Shown piece by piece: positions 10,314 to 18,039 of a DNA stretch of 37,615 bases. Source of the stretch: Chrysochromulina tobinii (taxonomy: Eukaryota); contig JWZX01003122.1 of NCBI GenBank assembly GCA_001275005.1, positions 1-37,615 on the forward strand, written 5' to 3'. Each line of letters starts with the position of its first letter. Position 1 is the stretch's first letter. The position numbers were made by a program, and so were the translations under genes. The notes under the pieces are model-generated. The model saw only the letters and a program-made list of their open reading frames with translations. It ran no database searches and was not told the DNA's origin.

Positions 10314-10348
10314 GCCTAAGGCTAAGGGCCTAAGGCCTAAGCTAGGCC
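10314..10348. repeat. Degenerate CCTAAG / TTAGGC short tandem repeat
   Basis: gcctaag gctaag ggcctaag gcctaag ctaggcc. Confidence 0.65.
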
Positions 10349-10674
10349 GTGATTCGGCCGAGCGATGTTTTCCTTCAATTGGTACTTATTGAGAGCCGAC
10401 ACCGCCGCCACTGCTGCCATCGTCGCGTCTGCTTCCTTAAGTCGCCTCTTGGATTATCGGGAACATAGCTCATCCATATCTGGACTTGTGTTGATGATCG
10501 ATTCAACATTCTGCGAGTGCACCTTCAGGTCTGCTCCGTTACGCCTGCCTTGGTACCCCTTCCGCAAGAGTGTGTGTTCTATGCACCGTCTCGGGCGAGC
10601 ACGTCGCACACGTTATGCGCAAGGTAGCGCATGACCAGGTGGCCCAGCACGGCGCATGGCCATGTGCATAGCCC

Positions 10675-13600
10675 TCAGATGCCAGGATCAGTCTCAACGT
10701 TGATGATGATGGTGCATCCTCTCTCGCTGTCCGAGTCTGATTCTTCGGGGTGCTTTGGAGGAGGAGCCTCAGCAGGAGCTCGAGTCCTTTCAGCAAGCGC
10801 CTTTCCGCCCTTAATCTGCATGCCACCCCCCACAGCGCCCATGGATTTGGGTGGGCTGTTTGGCGATGCCACAGATGGTACTGGAGGGACCTCTGCTGAT
10901 GACGACGGTGGAGGCGCAGATGCAGTTCCACCCGCGGCACTATCCGTTTGGGACGGAACTTCTTTCATTCCGACCACTGCTGAGGACACCTTCGATAAGC
11001 TAAGCTTGCTCATTAAAGCTTCATTTGCAACGATCGTCGATGGCGCCACTGACCGCTCAGAGCGTTGAGACGGACTCGCCGCCCTGTCAGGGCTTGACCG
11101 CCTGCTGCTCGGCCTGCCAGGGCTCAATTGTCTGCTGCCCGTCTTCGGCGGGCTACCTTCTCGGCTCGTCGGGCTGGACTTCGGCGATCTACTATCTCGA
11201 CGAGATGGCTTCGTGACACGAGTCAATGCTGCAAAGGCTCTGAGAGTGGCTTCCTCAGCAACACCTTTGAGAGTGGCTTCCGCAGCAACCACGTGCGATG
11301 CAGCCTTCTTCCAACGGCCAGTCGCCTTCGTGCTCTTGGGAGGATGCGCAAGTGGGGAAGGCGGATCCGAAGCAGGAACGAATGAAACGGAAGCAATAGG
11401 CTCGACGAGGTAAGACTTGAGAGACTCGGCTGGAACCACGTAGTCGACGAGGCCAAGCCGCCTCAACTCTGACCGATCCCCTTGCACGGGGCTCTTACAT
11501 GAGGTGGGCATGCGTGCTCGCCTACTCGCATCGCTCAATATCGAGCTGACAACGGTCACCGCTCCAGCCACTGCTGCGTGCGAGCGAGCCGAGGTCATCT
11601 TGCGTCCATCGCGAATCAACGATGTCCTTGCGTCCGTAGCTGCGAGCTCTTCCAAGTTCCTTCGCCCTTGTTCAGAGAACGAATGCGCAAACGTCCGCGT
11701 GATTCGAGCCCAATAGATCCGCCATTCTCCAAGCGGCATCTCTTTCAAGCTCGGAAAGATGGCTCGCCACGCGTAAGCTTGCGCCAGCTTCAGGTAACGC
11801 TTAACCTGATCGCCAGTGATCTCGGCATCGTCAAACCGTGTGCTCAGCATCCATCGGGCCCAATCAAATGTCTCTTGCCAGCTCGGCGCGCTACTGCCAT
11901 ACGGACCTCGCTCGTCGGCCAGCCGTGCTCCCAAGTCGAGTTGAAAGGCCATGTAGTCGTGCCAGCGATTTGTCAGTGCGAAGAGCATTTTGCGAACAGG
12001 ACCAGGCTGCATGCGAATAGACTGCAGCTCCGCATCAAGAAAGTCACTCGATCGTTTGGCTGACTGAACTCGCGTTTCCTGCGCGAAATCCAAGTTCACG
12101 TCCGCCTCCACTATGTAGGTCTTGAGGAAGTGCAGAAATGCAGAGGGCTTTGTATCTTTCAGTGAAAGATTCTTCTTCCTCTTCTGCATCTCCTCTGTGT
12201 GCTGTCCCTTCTTAGCCTGTAAGTTGACAAGCTCAGTGAGCTCCGCAGTCCAAGCTTCGGGGTCGACGAGCTGCGCCAGTAACCCAATGAATTCGGAGGC
12301 CTCGTAAGTCAATGTTTGCTTTGAAACCTCTTTAATCAGCTTCGCGAACTCCGCCTGGTCGACCTTGCCGTCGGGAGTGCTGTCGTACGCGCCGAGCACC
12401 TTCTCCGTCTGGCGCGTTGTGGCGCTGAACCCGTAGAACTTAAGCGCGTTGCGCAACTCTTTGACGCTTAGCGTACCACTGCCGTCTTTGTCGAAGTGCT
12501 TGAACACGATGCGGGTTTTTTCATCTTCGTCATTGAATACGAAGTTGGCCTGCAATTGATCTGAGCTGAATGCAGCGAACACAAATTCGACGTCTTCGAG
12601 TGAAGCTTCGCTGAATGGCCCTCTGAGTGGCCCTCTGAGTGGCCCTCTGCTCTCCGCGGCCGACGACTCTAGTTTCGAATTGCACGCGTTCTTACGCTTC
12701 ATGAACGATTCATTCATGTTGCCGCTTCGCTTCTTCAACGAATCGTTCATGTTGCTACCGCCTTCTGCCGGTGCCAGTGCCGAAGCCGGAGCCGGTGCTG
12801 GTGCCGGTGCTGGTGATGGTGCATTGGCGGTGGCAGCTGCGGCCGTCGTCTCCTTCTTCTCCGCCTCCTTCTTTTCGTCAACCTTGGTTTCGTTTTCCTT
12901 GTTGTGCTTGCGCCACGCATGCCGCCACGCTGCGAGCGCGGGCTGGAGCTCCTCCGCATTGATGGATCCGCTGCTGTCCAAGTCGACTTTGTCAAAGAGC
13001 TCGTCGATCTTGTGGGTGCTGTGATTCTCGCAGCCGGGCAGCTTCCGAACGAACTCGCGAAACTCCATCTTTGAGATCTTGCCATCCCCGGATGCGTCCC
13101 ATGCTAAAAAGGCCTCGTCGCGAGATTCGAGCTTTGAGCTGCTCGTGCGTGAAAAGCCGAGCGCGACGAGCGCCCCGCCGATCTTCGCCTCGAGGTCGTC
13201 GATCTCTTTCACGTCCAACTCCTTCTGCATACGCACGAGCTCCATGGCCTCGATTGGCTTCATAAGCTCGTGGAATACTTTGCTGTCGACCGTGCCCTTG
13301 AGCACCACCTTCGATTTAGCCTGTTCCTCTCCGCCATCCTTTTTGCTCTTGTCACCCATGGACTTACCATCCTTAGTGCGCTGTTGCGGCATGCCCGGCA
13401 ATGGCTTGAGAGTCTTCTCGTTGGCCTTGCTCTTGCTATCCTCCTCTTGGTTTTCGACGACATCGACGACGACACGAAAGTGTCGTGCGAAAAGTTCGAC
13501 GGCTGCTGCAGCATTGCGCTTGGTGAGGAGAAGCATTTCCTTACGTCGGACACGCATCTCATGCTCCATCGTCCTTGCCCGGTCATCCGCTTCCTGCGTT

Positions 13601-15537
13601 GCCATCGCAGCAATCAACGACGCTCTCGCCTCGTCTGAAGCCTTTTGGACGACAGACACCCGAGCGTCGTCCTCCGCAATCACAAGCTGCTCGATGGCAG
13701 CCCGTGCCAGAGCTCGCCTCGCTAGGAGGATTGCACTCTGCAGAGCGTCGCCCAAACCCTGAGCGCGCTTTGACTGAGGTGACAAGTCAGCGAGGCCAAT
13801 GGCTTGAGCAAGTTCAACATGGCTTGCAAATCTACTCAGAGCCTGCATGGAGCTGATGCCTGCCTTGGCGAGCTCGTGTGCCAGGTCATGCTTCTTGCAA
13901 CTCGGCAACTGCTCAAGCATGCTGAAGAGTGGCAACTCTAGGTTCTTGAGACGCTCGTGTCGTTCTTGAGCGATGCGCGCCTCCTTCTCCTCGATACCTA
14001 GCGCATCTCGAAGCATGCTGCCGACAGGAAGAATCGCGCTGGCCCAATCTTCATTCTGCCGAGAAAGCCACAGAGTCTGAGCACGTCGCCAAGTGGGCAA
14101 CGGCTCGGGCAGCGGCTTGGCAACAACTCCCGGATCGGTTTCGGGATGCGGCACCACCTGCAATTGCGCCATCGACGTCGCCCTGGCAATCACGGTCGCG
14201 GCTGCTCTTGCGACGGCCCCATGCGCAGCAGCGATTCGAGGCTGCGCAAGACGGTCGAGTCTCGTCGCGGGCTCATTGGGTGGTGGCCTGAGTCTTACAG
14301 GCGGTGGTGGCCGAGGCTTTCTACTGCTCGGGGTCGAGCCCTTCGAGCGCAGCTGTAGCACTGGCACCTCGGGGTGCACTTTGCAGAAAGATGATGGCTC
14401 TTCTGCATTTGCTGCCACAGTAACTGGAAATGGTATGGATTCAGATGACCCATGGGCCGTCTTGTGTGTGGTTTCCACTGACGCAGCCACACGACGAAGC
14501 TCCCGCTCGAGCAGACTGTCGGCGCATACGGTTGTTTTTGTAGCTGCTGCGGGCACCAGTACTGTTGGCACTGCTGCCGGAGCCATTCGCCGACGCTCTG
14601 GCTCGAGTAGGTTGCCATGGTTCCCAACTAGTGGCGTAGGGGTGGGCTCGGCAGGCGCAGACGCCGCAGCAGCTACGCGACGGCGCTCCCGAACTAAGAA
14701 ATTTTCTGGCGCGGCGAGTTGCTGGGCGGCATGAGCAGCCCATCGCCGACGCTCACGCTCGAGCAGGTTGCTAGAGTCAGGAACTGGAGACCCGTCCGCA
14801 TGCGGATCAGGCCAAGCCACGGCGGGCACTGCCTTAGGTCGACCTGGGATGCGATCAGGAGCGACCTTGACGCCATAAACGTGACGAATGTTGGTTGTGC
14901 TCCCGATCGAAAACTTGGGCACTTGGGCCTTCTTCTGCCCGTGCATGCCTTCGTTTCGTGGCCCACTGCCAAGCGCGGCTGAACTGTTGGTTGCCACACG
15001 CGTTGGGCTGATATTTAGACGAGGAACGACCCGTGATCCAGCCATCGCAACCACAGTGGCCACAGCCCGCTGCAGCGCAGCTTCCGCCTGCTGTTGCCTC
15101 AGCGGCGCGGTCGTGATGTATTCCTCAGCTGCCTTTGCCGCTGCCTTTGCCGCTGCCTTTGCCGCTGCCACTCGCTCTCGCTTCTTCTTCAAGGCGGGTT
15201 CCATACGTCGAGCTTCCCCTCGTACGAATGTCCTGTACTTGCGTGCTTCCTGTACTTGCTCCTCGTCTGCACAGGGATCGCAACCCCAAAGACGAGCGTA
15301 AAAGCCACGCCAAGCGGCTTGCATAGCCGTCGCAGCCTTGTGTCGCTTGTGCGCCAGCGCTTCTGCAAGGGCCTCCTTCACCTGAGTTTTCAAGCTGTCA
15401 GGGCTCGCGCAAGTCCGTCGCCCGGAGCGCGGAAGAGGCGCCTTCCTGTGACTGAAACTATTGGCAGATGAATTTGGGTGAGCATTTCGGCTGCTGGCCT
15501 TACCACTTGTGCTCTTGAGTGCTCCTGGGCTCTTCAT
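10675..15537 (-). CDS. Large Ca2+-binding protein with an N-terminal IQ motif, coiled coils and four EF-hands (about 1620 aa; start uncertain)
   Basis: The ORF track starts at GTG 15609; the first in-frame ATG is 15537. IQ motif AATAMQAAWRGFYARL. EF-hand loops DASGDGKISKMEF, DLDSSGSINAEEL, DKDGSGTLSVKEL and DSTPDGKVDQAEF. Ser/Pro-rich termini. A small upstream exon is possible (see findings). Confidence 0.85.
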   Translation of the reverse strand: MKSPGALKSTSGKASSRNAHPNSSANSFSHRKAPLPRSGRRTCASPDSLKTQVKEALAEALAHKRHKAATAMQAAWRGFYARLWGCDPCADEEQVQEARKYRTFVRGEARRMEPALKKKRERVAAAKAAAKAAAKAAEEYITTAPLRQQQAEAALQRAVATVVAMAGSRVVPRLNISPTRVATNSSAALGSGPRNEGMHGQKKAQVPKFSIGSTTNIRHVYGVKVAPDRIPGRPKAVPAVAWPDPHADGSPVPDSSNLLERERRRWAAHAAQQLAAPENFLVRERRRVAAAASAPAEPTPTPLVGNHGNLLEPERRRMAPAAVPTVLVPAAATKTTVCADSLLERELRRVAASVETTHKTAHGSSESIPFPVTVAANAEEPSSFCKVHPEVPVLQLRSKGSTPSSRKPRPPPPVRLRPPPNEPATRLDRLAQPRIAAAHGAVARAAATVIARATSMAQLQVVPHPETDPGVVAKPLPEPLPTWRRAQTLWLSRQNEDWASAILPVGSMLRDALGIEEKEARIAQERHERLKNLELPLFSMLEQLPSCKKHDLAHELAKAGISSMQALSRFASHVELAQAIGLADLSPQSKRAQGLGDALQSAILLARRALARAAIEQLVIAEDDARVSVVQKASDEARASLIAAMATQEADDRARTMEHEMRVRRKEMLLLTKRNAAAAVELFARHFRVVVDVVENQEEDSKSKANEKTLKPLPGMPQQRTKDGKSMGDKSKKDGGEEQAKSKVVLKGTVDSKVFHELMKPIEAMELVRMQKELDVKEIDDLEAKIGGALVALGFSRTSSSKLESRDEAFLAWDASGDGKISKMEFREFVRKLPGCENHSTHKIDELFDKVDLDSSGSINAEELQPALAAWRHAWRKHNKENETKVDEKKEAEKKETTAAAATANAPSPAPAPAPAPASALAPAEGGSNMNDSLKKRSGNMNESFMKRKNACNSKLESSAAESRGPLRGPLRGPFSEASLEDVEFVFAAFSSDQLQANFVFNDEDEKTRIVFKHFDKDGSGTLSVKELRNALKFYGFSATTRQTEKVLGAYDSTPDGKVDQAEFAKLIKEVSKQTLTYEASEFIGLLAQLVDPEAWTAELTELVNLQAKKGQHTEEMQKRKKNLSLKDTKPSAFLHFLKTYIVEADVNLDFAQETRVQSAKRSSDFLDAELQSIRMQPGPVRKMLFALTNRWHDYMAFQLDLGARLADERGPYGSSAPSWQETFDWARWMLSTRFDDAEITGDQVKRYLKLAQAYAWRAIFPSLKEMPLGEWRIYWARITRTFAHSFSEQGRRNLEELAATDARTSLIRDGRKMTSARSHAAVAGAVTVVSSILSDASRRARMPTSCKSPVQGDRSELRRLGLVDYVVPAESLKSYLVEPIASVSFVPASDPPSPLAHPPKSTKATGRWKKAASHVVAAEATLKGVAEEATLRAFAALTRVTKPSRRDSRSPKSSPTSREGSPPKTGSRQLSPGRPSSRRSSPDRAASPSQRSERSVAPSTIVANEALMSKLSLSKVSSAVVGMKEVPSQTDSAAGGTASAPPPSSSAEVPPVPSVASPNSPPKSMGAVGGGMQIKGGKALAERTRAPAEAPPPKHPEESDSDSERGCTIIINVETDPGI

Positions 15538-16019
15538 GCAGGCTGCGGTGGCGCCGGCCGGCCTGCACGCAGGCTCGCAGGGCTCGTTGCCAGCAAGCGG
15601 CGGTAGCACACAGCACAGCCTCTCTGGATCGTTTTTGGGTCAAGCAGGCGGAAAGATGATGACGTGCGCAATCTATCTGATGATTTTGTTCCCTAAAATA
15701 GCCACCCGACCAAGACGCAAGGCGACACACCGCGAAGTCCAGGTGCCCACGATCTTGACTGTGAGCTATCCGTTGAAGAGCCAGTAGTTGACATGCTGTT
15801 GTGCTAAGACGTACTGGTTTCACTGTTAGTATGCTCCACTGAGCTGTGCACTGACGCCACTGCGTACACGCACAAAGACAAGGACCACCATCGAGGTCGC
15901 TGTCGTCCAGTCACGGAGCAGAGTCAGGGACTGGCTCTGCCCGGATACTTGCCCGGAAAGGCAACTGGACAACCTCGACCATATGATGATCGGTTACAGA
16001 CACCCACCACTATTCACAC

Positions 16020-16037
16020 ATGAACACGGTTGTGTCA
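16020..16037. repeat. 18-bp direct repeat, right copy (ATGAACACGGTTGTGTCA)
   Basis: Identical to 10268-10285; lies 28 bp past the stop codon of the metallophosphoesterase. Confidence 0.9.
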
Positions 16038-16065
16038 ATCCGTCTGTCGGTCTGAGTGTGCTACG

Positions 16066-17328
16066 CTACCGCTCACGGCGACGGGCCAGCCGTCGGCGTG
16101 GCCGTGGAGCGTTCTCACGTTGCTCCCGCTCCGTTGGCGTGCACACGCTCAGAAGCAGGTGATTTTCGAGCACGCCACCTACCTTGGCACGGTTGCGCTC
16201 GTCGGGGTCGCCACGCCCTGCCTCGCGTTGCCTCGACATCGCGAGCGTCTCTGAGGCCACCGGGAGCGTGCGCGTACGCATTTCGATCTCGCACTCGCGT
16301 ACGATGACCTCGCGCCACTGCATCGGATACTCGCTCGCGGAGGACGTCGTCACGAAGGCGATGCCGCCGTATGTCGTGAGCGAGTTAGCATGCACGTGCC
16401 CATGTAGCGAGAGGCGCACGTGAGGGTAGCGGCTGAGCAAGTTGAGCACCTGGTTGGCATTCTCGACCATGTCGACGGGCACCTCGAGCCAGCTCACGAC
16501 GGCGCCACTCGGCTCACGAGGCTGGACGAGTAGCTGGTGCCCCACGAGCAGCACCCGCTCGCCTCCTGCCGCTGAGGCGTCCAGCTCAGCCTGTAGCCAA
16601 CCCAGCTGAGCAGCGTCGACAAGACCATGGCCGTCCGTGTCGAGGTGGACGGCTGAGGCGGTGTCGAGGAGGAGTATTCGCCATCCGCGATGGCGCAGCG
16701 AGCGGTACGCGACGTCAGGGCGTGGCGCGCCGGTCTGGTTGCCGAGCTCGCGCTGCCACGCGCTGAGCCCACCGAGTTTCGGATGAAGGTCGTGGTTGCC
16801 TGCCACATGGTGGATAGGCCAACGGCCAAGGATGGCTCGCTCCTCCTCTGCGAGCATGCGCAGCGCGCGCTCGTACTCGTTGGCTGGCGAGTGGAAGTTG
16901 TTGCCGCCACAGACTGCATCGCCCGCATGCACTGCGAACGCGCCGCCGCCGGCCGCGAATCGACCGAGCTCCTGCAGCATGGCTGAGTAAATCTGCGGCG
17001 AGTGGCGCACCAACAGCCCGTCGCGAATCGGAGAGGCGTCGGAGCGCGAGGTGAAGTCGTTGCGGCCGGCAGCGGCAGGCCACACGTGCGTGTCAGTCAC
17101 GAGCGCGAATCGGAAGAGTTCGCTGGCGTTCTGCTGACGCTCCTTTCGCCGGGAGAGGACTTCAGCAGGAGATTCAATGAACGGTGGTTCGTTGTCTTTC
17201 GATCGGAGCCGTCGGCGCCTCCTCCCCAGTGAAAGTTCGCGTTTGATCGAGTGCTGCTCCGCGTAGAAGACGAGCGAGCCCAGGGCCAGGAGCGCGCAGC
17301 CAATGAGTGTGTTCTGCATCCCGCTCAT
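16066..17328 (-). CDS. Calcineurin-like metallophosphoesterase (CpdA/GpdQ-like) with an N-terminal membrane anchor
   Basis: All five motifs present: FALVTDTH, HAGDAV, VAGNHD, VGHQ and HGHVH...SASEYP. The track start at 17580 is TTG. In-frame ATGs are at 17409 and 17328; the latter directly precedes the hydrophobic segment TLIGCALLALGSLVFYA. Confidence 0.9.
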   Translation of the reverse strand: MSGMQNTLIGCALLALGSLVFYAEQHSIKRELSLGRRRRRLRSKDNEPPFIESPAEVLSRRKERQQNASELFRFALVTDTHVWPAAAGRNDFTSRSDASPIRDGLLVRHSPQIYSAMLQELGRFAAGGGAFAVHAGDAVCGGNNFHSPANEYERALRMLAEEERAILGRWPIHHVAGNHDLHPKLGGLSAWQRELGNQTGAPRPDVAYRSLRHRGWRILLLDTASAVHLDTDGHGLVDAAQLGWLQAELDASAAGGERVLLVGHQLLVQPREPSGAVVSWLEVPVDMVENANQVLNLLSRYPHVRLSLHGHVHANSLTTYGGIAFVTTSSASEYPMQWREVIVRECEIEMRTRTLPVASETLAMSRQREAGRGDPDERNRAKVGGVLENHLLLSVCTPTEREQRENAPRPRRRLARRRER

Positions 17329-18039
17329 GGCCCGACGGCCTGCGCGCCAGCCTGCTTCACTCCCGTCATCTTCAGTCTCCGCTGCTGCTGGGTGTCGAAC
17401 TATAAACATTGGCTGTGAAACACACAACCAACATCCCAGCGCAAGATGCCCCACTCTGCCCCCCCATGGTAAGTGTGGGAACCGAACACGTGTAAACCTT
17501 TCATGACGTTTTCCGTCCCGTAACTCGTTAGTAACTCGAAACGTCGACTCTAAACCGGTCTCATGAACTCTGAACTGCAATCTGCATTATATATTCTCTG
17601 CATCCGCGAACTGCGACGTAAATACCGTACTGGTCCGTCAATCGGCTCACATTCGACATTGACATTCAATCGCTCCGGCCGCCGCTCCTCCTTATCTTGG
17701 GGAAGTAAGAGGGAAAGTGTGCTGTTCGCTACCTTAAAACAGCACCTAGAGGTTTACAACGGACCCCCATCCTATTGGGGTATTTCCGCTCTCTAACGAG
17801 TGACCCCAGGAGCGCGTGTGTCGCGTTCATACTAAAGTAGTTGCATGGACGGGCCGGTGCATCGATAAGCTGAGTATCCGCCGTGTAGTTGCAGGTTGGA
17901 CTAAGTCGTCGAACGCCGCCGCCATTGTATGCTTCGCCGGCGGTGCCGCCGCCGATGCCGCCGCCGGTGCCGCCGCCGCCGCCTCCAGGGCTCTGCTGCC
18001 GCTGGCCGCGAAGGAGGCCACACTGCCTGTGCAGTCGCA

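Noticed and set aside
10365..10634. 89-aa plus-strand ORF MFSFNWYLL...
   Set aside because: Short, no motifs, lies in the probable 3' UTR of the minus-strand EF-hand gene.
10286..16019. Autonomous transposon between the 18-bp direct repeats
   Set aside because: No terminal inverted repeats, LTRs, poly(A) tail, transposase, integrase or reverse transcriptase motifs; kept only as a finding.
17329..17580. N-terminal extension of the metallophosphoesterase from TTG 17580
   Set aside because: Non-ATG start in a eukaryote and AT-richer, non-coding-like sequence; ATG 17409 remains possible.
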